Below are positions 1 through 10,604 of a stretch of 44,162 bases of DNA, piece after piece. Under the pieces are notes generated by a model that saw nothing but the letters and a program-made list of their open reading frames with translations, was not told the origin of the DNA and ran no database searches. Made by a program: the position numbers and the translations under genes. Position 1 is the first letter of the stretch. Each line of letters starts with the position of its first letter. Source of the DNA: Octopus bimaculoides. Lineage: Eukaryota. The stretch spans positions 13,040,672 through 13,084,833 of the forward strand of contig NC_068999.1 in the NCBI RefSeq assembly GCF_001194135.2, written 5' to 3'.

Positions 1-27
<27 letters not shown>
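1..27. repeat. (TA)n microsatellite
   Basis: Pure TA dinucleotide run at the window start. Confidence 0.95.
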
Positions 28-31
<4 letters not shown>

Positions 32-1058
32 CTATATTTCCAGCGTACTTAACATAGTTGTATCATTTATTCAAGATATATACTTCATAAACTACATGTG
101 TACGAACTCTACAAGCATAATAAAGAAAGGAATATTTATTTCGCGAACTCAGTCGCATACATATAATACAAACGTAAAGTGGCGTGAATGCTTTTGCGTG
201 TGTATGACCGTGTGTGTGTATGCGTGTGTGTATGTGTGTGTGTGAATCTGTGTGCACATGGTGTACTCTTGTGAATGTTGGTAGAGTGCGTATGTGTATG
301 TGTTTATTTATTGCCGTCAATAAAATTATTGAATCTTTCGAATGGAAGTGAAGTATTTTTGTTTTGTTTTGTTGTTTGGTATCATATTTCTGGATGCAGA
401 CATCACACATATACATACAACCTACGCACGCTCACAAGTATAATACAAATATCGTCTGTGGCTCTGTATGTTTGGTGCTTGTATGCGCATGTGTGTGAAC
501 GCGTTCATGTTATTTCTAAAAATAAATAACTGCTGATTCGCCTCTTGCGTAACCTACTTATAGCATATTGCAGGCCATAAGAATGAGGAGAAAGAAGAGG
601 TGAAATATAAGGTATAAATTATTTTTTCCATGCTTTTCAGCCACAAACTTACAAAAAAACAATTAATAAATAAAACATCTATTCAAAAACTTAAAACACA
701 AAACACAAAAATACTCCCAATATATTAATTTTGAGGCGACAATCAATCAATCTCAAATAATTGCACGGAGATAGAAAATATTCTGTTTCCGAGTAAAAAG
801 GAACATTCCAGAATATTTGAAAATAATTCTGTCTTTTTTAAGTGATGCTAGTATTTCATGTGAAATATTACGCTCTTTTAATGTATGTATGGATTGCGTT
901 TTCCTCCTCTCTTGTCGTTTTATTTGATTTATATGTTTCATCAATTCAATAAATGCGCTCGTTTGTGTCTCAATTTATGTGTTGTTCAAGATCTCGAAGG
1001 GAAGCTCGTCACACGTATACCATATTGCATTACTTTCACCCAACACTTCTTTCACGTA

Positions 1059-1125
<67 letters not shown>
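1059..1125. repeat. (ACT)n microsatellite
   Basis: Pure trinucleotide run; explains the poly-Thr and poly-Tyr ORFs at 885-1351. Confidence 0.95.
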
Positions 1126-2854
1126 TGCGATTAATTTCGACACTAGTTCTGCAATTTTAATTTTTGAGGTAACTAGATACAATCGATGCCTACAAGTGAT
1201 CGTTTTCGTGATAGAGATGATAATGATATGTATGGTGATGTTGAACGTGGCGACGAATATGATAAATTATTTTATAAATCTACTGTTTATAATTTTTAGT
1301 AATAGGAACATGAATTGGACCAACATAAATGCGGAGCGGGTAAAAAACTAAAATTATCTGACGTCAATACATGCTGCAATCACTACAGATATCACCCAAA
1401 TAAACAACTGAAGATCCTTTGTGACTGAGTATCACACAAAAGATATGTAATTGCATTTATTTACGCTGTAAATAGGAACATATATCAATCTTTCGTGTTG
1501 TAATAAAAATGTCTGCATGGCATTTGAGACAAATGCAATTACGTATAGTCTCGAATTAGCGCATACTCTTTGAGATAAGTACGTATGAAATTGTGACATT
1601 CTTCACCACGCAACAAACTATTCACTTAATGCCACAATGGTGGCTTGGCTTATTCAAATTTGTGAGACAGCAAATAACATGTCCTTGGTGGATGGGATGA
1701 ATGTCCAGATTCCTTTTCGTGGTTCTCCTCCATCAAAGTTACATATGCGTGATTTCTACATATGCCTGCTGGTATTATAGCTACACACAAACACACACAA
1801 ACAAAAAACACACTCATGTACGCGCGCGAATGAATACGTATATCGAATTTGGAAGAAGTTAAAATGTACCTGATGTTTTTATTATTCATTACGATTGATT
1901 CGACCCATATATAGATGTGAATAATTAAGTATCCTAATTCCATTTTCTTTATATTTTATTTTATAAACGCTAAGGTCACGTATGAATTTCTGTCGTAAAT
2001 CCATTGGCATATACCCCAATAATGTTGTTGACATCAGATAGCTGCCTACGGTGAACAGACTTGAAGCAGCGTATATCCAGGTGTCTACCTGAATGGAAAA
2101 TTATTATTACTCAAGAAATAACAATGTCTATATGTGTCGTACTTTTAATGAATGCCTGTAAAATCGATTTCGCATAATTCGCTGAAAATAAAATTTCACA
2201 GATATGAAAAAATTGTTATGTATATCATTTTAATTTCCCTTTATTGGTCAATGAAATATAATAAAGACAATTTGTACACTGAGAATTGTTCAGTGTGAGA
2301 GAAAACATTAACTCGATGAACGCACATATACTACAGGAAGACAAAACATACACTCGTAATACACAGGCAAACAAATATAGATGGACAATAATTTAGACTC
2401 ACATACATGTACATTCAGAGATGTAAATATACAGTAAGTATTTGTCAAAAGAATGATTGATGTGTCTGAGTACATATATTATTCATTAAAATCTGCGAGA
2501 TGCTATTATTCCAGATAATCTTGAATGAATGTAATTTGAAAGAAATGTTACTTACCAGACAGAAACACTGTTTCCATCCACAGAAATAATTTTACAGACG
2601 TAAAATACGTTATCAACAAAAATAATATAGTAAATATATTTCAGTTGCTATATTCCCCTTATACCCCTCTCTAACAGCTACAGCGTTAGTAGATTATAAT
2701 TTTTCATGAAAGTATTGCTTTACATGGAAGACAGAAATACATCGGCCGCAGACATACACATTCATAAAGCTATGCTCAACCTGAAATTCTAGTATCTAAG
2801 AACTACATTCGTGGTATAGTTCTTTAATAAATCAAGTGTTTATACACACGGAAT

Positions 2855-2914
2855 CACACACACACACACACACAGTCACACACACACACACACACACACA
2901 CAGAAACACACACA
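2855..2914. repeat. Interrupted (CA)n microsatellite
   Basis: CA run with two short interruptions. Confidence 0.9.
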
Positions 2915-3421
2915 AAATCACACATATTTCTATAACTTCTCTCTTTTACCCTATACTTTTACGGTTATTAGACTACGAGCACACAGGGGAACAAACTTGA
3001 ATAGTTATAGGTGAAGGAACATGCACACGTATATACATCAATTGAAAACCTAGTATTTAGCGTTACATTTGAAACGCGAATTCAAGAAAGCAACACCGAT
3101 TGTCTACATAAATATGTGTGCATATGTCGGGGGTGTTTCTGAGTGTGTGGAAACAAAAACTATCGCACACACGCATATACACGACAGGTTGCTCGTCCAG
3201 GATGTCCACTCGCAAGGTGGTGAGACAGTGCCCGGAACAACTTCTTATCATTTTTTGCCTTTTTANNNNNNNNNNNNNNNNNNNNNNNNNNNNNNNNNNN
3301 NNNNNNNNNNNNNNNNNNNNNNNNNNNNNNNNNNNNNNNNNNNNNNNNNNNNNNNNNNNNNNNNNNNNNNNNNNNNNNNNNNNNNNNNNNNNNNNNNNNN
3401 NNNNNNNNNNNNNNNNNNNNN

Positions 3422-3470
<49 letters not shown>

Positions 3471-3474
3471 ACTC

Positions 3475-3667
3475 ACAGTTCTATATTTAAGGCGTGACGA
3501 GTTATGTACGTTATTTACATTATTTACATTTGACAGATATGTGTCCCCATCTTGATTGTTGTTAACACAACGTTCCGGCTGATATACCCTCCAGACTTTA
3601 TCAGGTGTCTTAGGGAAATTTCTAACCTGGATTCTCATTCCTAGGGCATGTTTCGATGTTGTTGTTG

Positions 3668-3732
<65 letters not shown>

Positions 3733-3766
3733 NNNNNNNNNNATTATTATTATTATTATTATTATT
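3475..3766 (-). mobile_element. Hammerhead-bearing retroelement-like repeat, copy 1 (no 5' head visible)
   Basis: 3475-3657 aligns colinearly by eye with 23957-24139 (acagttctatattt...ttatttacatt...acacaacgtt...ggctgata...ctccag...gtgtc...aacctg...ttctcattccta.gg). Both copies continue into the same (TGT)n(TAT)n compound microsatellite. Confidence 0.85.
3564..3609 (-). ncRNA. Degenerate minimal type I hammerhead ribozyme (Penelope-like architecture), copy 1
   Basis: Minus strand reads GACAC-CUGAUAA-A-GUCUG-GAGGGUAUAU-CAGCC-GGAAC-GUU|GUGUU. Stem I is GACAC/GUGUU; stem II has one mismatch. The core is mutated (CUGAUAA for CUGAUGA, GGAAC for GAAAC). Confidence 0.7.
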
Positions 3767-4959
3767 CGTCATCAACATCGCACATTCGATCTACTACATG
3801 GAGTTTCATCAAAGTGAATACAAATGCATAAAATAAAATAACATAGGCATGAGGTAACGTTCATTACCTGACCCGAGATCACTTTTAAGACAAACAACAC
3901 CAGCAGTAAATTATTGCATTGTCACAAGGTCATCAGATACAAATAGGAGCATTTTTCAGTGGAGAAGCGGTAAGAATTATGCTTCACTTGTGATGTTTGT
4001 TTCAAATGCTCCTGAATACGCCTGAATTCATATGCAAGCCCTGTACAAAGCAATAAGTGAGCATATTAGTGAAGGGCATGCTATTGATTAAAATTTCTGG
4101 TTTACAAAATTGTGGTTTTACATATAAATTATTTATCATGCCAGTCCTGGGGACCATGTGTCTAGAGTAACAACTCATCAATAGTCACGCTTAAACGGTA
4201 GGCGTATCTACCATAAAGCACAGATTTATTTCATGGAAACTAAATTGTACATTGTATAACGTAGTCGTAAATATACCTCGTAGAACGGACAGAATCTACT
4301 CAAGTCTACTCTGAGTGCTGCATTTTACAAAACACCTTTCCGATTAATGTGACTTCATTGCATGAAATAGAAATTCAACTGTAGCAATAACTGAAAAGTG
4401 AGAGCGAAAAACATAATTAAAATTATCTTGGAATTCCTTCCGAGATTCTCTCCATTTGCCCAGTCCATCTGTAATTATGAATACAGTGTAATATCTTTTA
4501 TAAAGGAAGACTATTCAAATGAAACAAGTTTAGTACTTAAGTGTGAAACTATTTTATCGGTATTATGAAAGTCAAATATGTCCAATCTTTGCAAGTTTAG
4601 AAGACATATCGTAAAGTGATTTTAGTAAATACGGTAATAATCTCGCCAGTCCCGGTTTCATGATTGTGCTATATACAAGAGTTTAAAACTATGTGAATAT
4701 TATTAGTACAGGCAATAATAATATTCGGAAGATCATATACAAAATATGAAAAATAAATACATTAACAGAATATGAATACATCGGAAAGCAAAATAAAAAA
4801 AAAAAATCTACAAGAGGTAAATTGAAAATAGATAATGAATAGATTAATATTGCTTCAAATTCAGCAAAATATCCTCGAGAATAAAATAACTGCAGGATTC
4901 TATTTCCCCTTTTTTCATTGATAGCAATATCACTCATATCATTAACATTTTAGAATTTG

Positions 4960-5148
4960 TTCTTGTTGTTTTCGTTATCATCGCCATCATCGTCGTCGTC
5001 GTAGTCTTCGTTGATAGTAATGATATTACTAACCTTATAGTTATTATTATTGTTGTTGCTATCATTATTATTATTATTATTATTCTCATTATCATCATGA
5101 TCATCATCATCCTCATTACTATTATTTTTATTATTATTATTATTATTC

Positions 5149-5239
<91 letters not shown>

Positions 5240-5255
5240 CATTATTATTATTATT
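4960..5255. repeat. (TTA)n microsatellite with degenerate TCA/TCG/TTG flank
   Basis: Near-pure (TTA)n from about 5128 to 5255, degenerate triplets upstream; source of the poly-Ile and poly-Asn ORFs. Confidence 0.92.
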
Positions 5256-5696
5256 TCCTACACAATAACAAGTAAAACAAAATTCAACTAGAAAGGATAA
5301 CACCTTATGATGAAGATGATGTTAATGATAATAAAATAAATAAGGACAGTTTTACTTTTTATGATTAGAGAAACTCTTTTGTGAGAACAATTTTGATAAG
5401 AATAAATTGCCCCACAACAAACTTAATCATATTTATCGCATTTCAATTTTATGATACAGTCTTTAATAAAATCACTTTTGGCGATGGAGATATATTGCCG
5501 TTGAGTACACGAAGAATGTATCCGTTTCGCCATTATAATATCTCCCTACAAAGCACACGCTTACACATGTGTGACCACACACACCTACGCAGATAAAACC
5601 ATTTATATGTATCTAAGATTATATGTATTTCATCTCTTCTTAGACTCTATATCTGATACTGCATCTTCATATATACAAAAAACAAACAAAGGCATA

Positions 5697-5719
5697 TGTA
5701 TGTGTGTGTGTATAGATAT

Positions 5720-5762
<43 letters not shown>

Positions 5763-5780
5763 TATAGACGGATAGATAAA
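5697..5780. repeat. Compound (TG)n/(TA)n/(TAGA)n microsatellite
   Basis: Directly visible. Confidence 0.9.
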
Positions 5781-6195
5781 TATGTTGAGCGATAGACACA
5801 TATATACATGCACGCATATGTGTTTGTACGTACGTGTGTATGTATACTAATTGGAAGTATATGAAACTCTAATTGCCTTGGAGATATGTTTATATTTATA
5901 AATATAAAGCCGGCATTTGAAAGGCTAAAAACCATTTTCTTATTTCTTCTTATAAATTTCGCTTTCCATCAAAATGCTTAATTTTACTGTCTTTGCTGAA
6001 AAATACATCAAACATCAATACGTAGATTACAAAGTCTAAATATAATTTAATGTAATTCTCAACAGCCATTAAAAGGAAAATGCACGCCAGTAATTCAAAA
6101 TTGCTTTCCCTACTTTTGTTTTCGCTTACACGTGGAAACATAATTCGAAAGACTCAACAGATCACGCTTACTTTAAGATATGATAGAGAAGTCAT

Positions 6196-6407
6196 AAGGC
6201 GGCAAACTGGCAGAAACGTTAGCACGCCTGGCAAAATGCTTACCGGTACTTCGTCTGCCGTTACGTTCTGAGTTCAAATCCCACCGAGGTCGACTTTGCC
6301 TTTCATCCCTTCAGGGTCGATAAATTAAGTTGCGTACTGGGGGTCAATCTGATCGACTGGGAACCTCCTCCGAAATATCGGGCCTTGTGCGTAGAGTAGA
6401 GAATATT
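6196..6407 (+). mobile_element. tRNA-derived SINE family A, best-preserved copy
   Basis: A-box-like TGGCAGAAACG and B-box GTTCAAATCC (6272-6281); body CCGAGGTCGACTTTGCCTTTCATCC...GGGTCGATAAATTAAG; four further homologous copies in the window. Confidence 0.88.
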
Positions 6408-7128
6408 CTATATATATTATAGCCAACACCGATTTTTACTACAACGGTTCGTATCGAGATGTCAGATGTAAACTATCAATGAGATTAAAGACAGAAATGG
6501 GTAACGAGTGTATGTGCCATATTTCGGAGATCTTTTGCCCCCTCATCACCTCCGAACACATTGCTTATATAACCACCGCATACAGCGGTGTTAAATTATT
6601 GGATATACTAATTTACATATCAAACGCATTGCTGTGGCTGTCACGTAAAGACAAATGAGTTGTTGGTACGTGGTATTCCATTATGCAAACATAGTATACT
6701 ATAAATAATATTAAATATTTGCATCTCACGTCAGAATACGATGCAGGCTATAATTTATATACAGTATCTGTAGAAATAGCATTAACAGAATAATATAAAA
6801 CGCACTGCTAACGCAGTAAAACGTAGTGTATGTTTATAAGAACGTTTATTATACTCTATAGTATATTATCGTTGCATAACGAAATACCACGTACCTACAG
6901 CTCCTTATCGATCGCGCTTAGTCACGTACATAGACAACACAGCTTACTCATATTCCAAAAACTTAAGCATTAACACGTGCATGTGCAGTCGAGCATTTTG
7001 AGCCTTTTAACACGACGCTGATACAGCTTGTATCGATGGGATTATCCTTCTAATTTTACATATGGAGCTCAACGAAACATACTAACTTATTACAATATGC
7101 ATATTTTACAGACGTAAGAAGCATTTTC

Positions 7129-7222
7129 TCCACCAAATGTATATTATTCACCAAATGTAAGTTTTTCACGAAATGTGTATACACATTTTCCGCACGAAAT
7201 CAGTATTTATTCACCAAATGTA
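7129..7222. repeat. Five spaced copies of a CAC(C/G)AAAT(GTA) motif
   Basis: Motif copies begin near 7131, 7149, 7167, 7193 and 7212, separated by variable AT-rich spacers. Confidence 0.7.
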
Positions 7223-7755
7223 TTACAATATACATAGTTTACATTAGAAACAAGTATTTCTTGAACAAATTCATTTTGAAAATCTCTTAAGCTCGATTTA
7301 TTTGATCATTAATGCATTTTATATTTGCTGTAATTTAGATTGTTGATAGCTGCAATGTCTATCAATCGGACGATTGCTTTATACTTCATTGGAATTTTTA
7401 TAAGATTTCTAAAACTATAGGGTTGGCATTTCGCTTGATCATAAATTTATATGTAGATAAAATTATAATTATGAAAAATGAATTGGAAAATAAAAGAAAA
7501 TAACAAACATATTTAGAAAAGAAATCACTGAACTCAAACAAGAATTCGATGCATTTAATTTAAGACTACATGATTTAAAGACAAATGTCAATATATTTTG
7601 GGGATAAATGTCTTAAAATAAAGGTAAAAATGTGATTAACGGTAGCAACTATGTGAATCTACCACGAATAATTTGTTGATTATTCATTATTCAGCACATA
7701 CCTTCGATAGTGTTTAATTGATGTGACTACTAAGGATACGAACGCGTGCGTATCT

Positions 7756-7798
7756 GTGTGTGTGTGTGTGTATGTGTGTGGGGGGGGTGAGAGAGAGA

Positions 7799-7835
<37 letters not shown>
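7756..7835. repeat. Compound (TG)n-G-run-(GA)n microsatellite
   Basis: Directly visible. Confidence 0.9.
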
Positions 7836-7844
<9 letters not shown>

Positions 7845-8324
7845 GCGTGTTCGTGTTAGTGCGCATGCTTATACATATGGATAACATTTTAGGCATGTTC
7901 ATTTAAACACATATTTATGACTGGAAAGTTCGCCTAAGAGAACATCTACAGCTGGATACAATTATCAACTGGATTATATGTCCTTGGTATTACTTCAGCG
8001 ATTTTAAGTACTTCACAAAGTAGTTAATAGATTGCTGAGTTGAAATTAGCTTACAATTTTAGAAGGCCAATTTAGTCATTGAATAATCACAATGTAATCA
8101 CCTATTGTCGAAAATCAGCTGATATGGTTATCCAATCGTTGTTATGCATTACGAATAAATCATACAATGTATGAGGAAGTTTCTGAAATTCAAGAAATTT
8201 CCAACAGTAGCATAAAAGTCTAGAGTATGTTGTTCAACCACTTGAATTTGGATACATACATCCACAAACACGTACACACCAACACACAAACATATACACA
8301 AATATGCATAATCTCTGTTTTTCT

Positions 8325-8721
8325 TTTATTTTGAAAAAAAAATGTCTTGTAATAAACAGTTTTGTATGAAATCATTATCAATTGTTACAGGCCAGTTTGC
8401 CAGGTTATGCTATTCCTTGAAATCACTAAATTTGCTTCTTGTTTCCTTTCTCTGCTCCCTATTTTCTTGAGGTTCTTGATCACAGTGATCATCATGTGCA
8501 CCAAAATGTCAACAGCAGGTTGATTATTGAGTGCGCATGGTTTGTACAGTATCATTGACTTCACTGGTGCTTGCATGGCTTGTTTCAGTTGCAGGAGATG
8601 ACAAACGTTTAGCTGACATTGTAAAATAATTTGATAGATGTTGACCTTTAGACACTTCGGTAGATTGCTTTTTCTGGAGTTGGCGTTTCTGGTATCCGCT
8701 GAAGTACTTTCTTCAAGACAT
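8325..8721 (-). pseudogene. Decayed N-terminus of a hAT (ZMYM1-like) transposase
   Basis: One frame 8721->8341 with four stops: MS*RKYFSGYQKRQLQKKQSTEVSKGQHLSNYFT...(S/T/E-rich)...*HNLANWPVTIDNDFIQNCLLQDI, then a slip in a T-run to FQNK. This matches the recalled pattern SGxxKRK...L..(Y/F)F...DPAxWP...FQNK. Confidence 0.58.
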
Positions 8722-9271
8722 TGCTACTCCTCTACCAAAAAACAATGGGGTAATATTTTCATTAGCCACAGTATGACAGAAACAGATCTAGATAAGTATA
8801 TACAATTTAATATAAAGTCATAAATGAAGAATTGTTCATTTTGTACAAGATTATATAAAACATTTTTAAAGTAAAAAAAAAATGATTTATTATTGAACAG
8901 ATTGCAAATCCAAAATTAGGAAGCAACCCCTTCCATTGGTCATTGAAAATAAGAATTCTTATCTCTACCGAGCTAATGTAGTAGTAGACATATCTGAGAA
9001 TAGAAGGAGAAGGGCTGAAGTTGCAAAGATAATTCAAGTAAAGCGAATTATCTCCGAGTTGTCTGTACTTTTATATTTCATGATACTTCGCAACAGCAGA
9101 AACAGTAAATGAGCATTTCTGGCTAGACACTGCGTGTCTATATTCTGCGTAGAAGTATATGACGTCCACTAAGACAAGTAACAGAAATCTGCATGAAAAG
9201 ATACAAAAACAAAAAGTGATAGAATGAAAAAATGATTAAGATTCATTAGTCGTGTGGTAGATCCGCCACTG
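8325..9271 (-). mobile_element. 5' portion of a decayed hAT DNA transposon (Tip100/ZMYM1-like type)
   Basis: Minus strand begins CAGTGGCGGATCTACC at 9271, resembling hAT terminal repeats as I recall them. A degraded transposase-like frame starts 550 bp downstream on the same strand. I did not find the opposite TIR. Confidence 0.6.
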
Positions 9272-10188
9272 CCTATACATACATACATACGTACATACAT
9301 NNNNNNNNNNNNNNNNNNNNNNNNNNNNNNNNNNNNNNNNNNNNNNNNNNNNNNNNNNNNNNNNNNNNNNNNNNNNNNNNNNNNNNNNNNNNNNNNNNNN
9401 NNNNNNNNNNNNNNNNNNNNNNNNNNNNNNNNNNNNNNNNNNNNNNNNNNNNNNNNNNNNNNNNNNNNNNNNNNNNNNNNNNNNNNNNNNNNNNNNNNNN
9501 NNNNNNNNNNNNNNNNNNNNNNNNNNNNNNNNNNNNNNNNNNNNNNNNNNNNNNNNNNNNNNNNNNNNNNNNNNNNNNNNNNNNNNNNNNNNNNNNNNNN
9601 NNNNNNNNNNNNNNNNNNNNNNNNNNNNNNNNNNNNNNNNNNNNNNNNNNNNNNNNNNNNNNNNNNNNNNNNNNNNNNNNNNNNNNNNNNNNNNNNNNNN
9701 NNNNNNNNNNNNNNNNNNNNNNNNNNNNNNNNNNNNNNNNNNNNNNNNNNNNNNNNNNNNNNNNNNNNNNNNNNNNNNNNNNNNNNNNNNNNNNNNNNNN
9801 NNNNNNNNNNNNNNNNNNNNNNNNNNNNNNNNNNNNNNNNNNNNNNNNNNNNNNNNNNNNNNNNNNNNNNNNNNNNNNNNNNNNNNNNNNNNNNNNNNNN
9901 NNNNNNNNNNNNNNNNNNNNNNNCATACACGTAGTTATTTCACTTGAGAGCATCACATATAAATGTATTTACTGGATGGAGTCAAAAACTTTATTTTGTC
10001 ATATCCCATATTTTATTTAACAGCTCAAACAAAGTACACTTGAAAAGCATTTATTCATCAACATATATCCCTTTATATTCTATTGTCGCTTTACATCGTC
10101 GCACTAGAAGACCAATTACACACTTATAACATTTGGCTAGTTACTGGGTCAAAATCTCCCTGCACATATTTTCAACGTTATCTTTGTT

Positions 10189-10604
10189 AGAAAATTACAA
10201 TTTCTAAATCTCACAACGAGTGATTTTCAGGAATAGTAATTTGTAGTAAAGATTGTTTGCCACCATAACATGGCACTCCTGGTTTAGGACTAATGTTGCT
10301 TTAATTTATCACCAGGCGACATCGTCACCAGCAGGCTATACGACATGATATGTGTCCTTATATTTTCGAACAAGGGAATCTAGCACCCTATACACACAGC
10401 TCCAAACAATATCTGCGTATCCCGATTCCTGGGTTCTTTCGCTTCATCTGCACAGAATATGGCGCTAGATTCCCTTCTTCGAAAATATAAGGGCACAGAT
10501 CATGTCGTATAGCCAGCAGGAGACGATGTCTCCTGGGGCTAAATTACAGCAACATAATTCCTAACCCACGACTGCCATGTTTTGTTAGCAAACACTCTTT
10601 TCTA
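10189..10604. mobile_element. Foldback/MITE-like element with long inverted arms, copy 1
   Basis: 10244-10387 is an imperfect reverse complement of 10461-10604 around a 73-bp spacer. The leader 10189-10243 is homologous to the leaders at 18592 and 18874. Confidence 0.88.

Noticed and set aside
3868-4049. Minus-strand acceptor/donor pair (ttattgctttgtacag| ... CAG|gtaatg) enclosing LAYEFRRIQEHLKQ...
   Set aside because: All three frames hit stops inside the segment and nothing else supports it.
6196-6290. tRNA-like A/B boxes as a possible tRNA gene (also at 23518, 23741 and 42629)
   Set aside because: I could not form a cloverleaf, and the heads run into shared repeat bodies, so these are SINE heads.
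7129-7222. Repeat-spacer pattern as a CRISPR-like array
   Set aside because: The context is eukaryotic, repeats (9-12 bp) and spacers (about 6-16 bp) are far too short, and there are no cas genes.
7900-8190. Plus-strand peptide traces (HLNT...DWKVRLREHLQLDTIINWIICPW...SYNV*GSF) faintly like a Buster/ZBED8-type hAT C-terminus
   Set aside because: It needs several frameshifts and the motif matches are too loose to call by eye; a BLASTx hit to hAT dimerisation-domain proteins would revive it.
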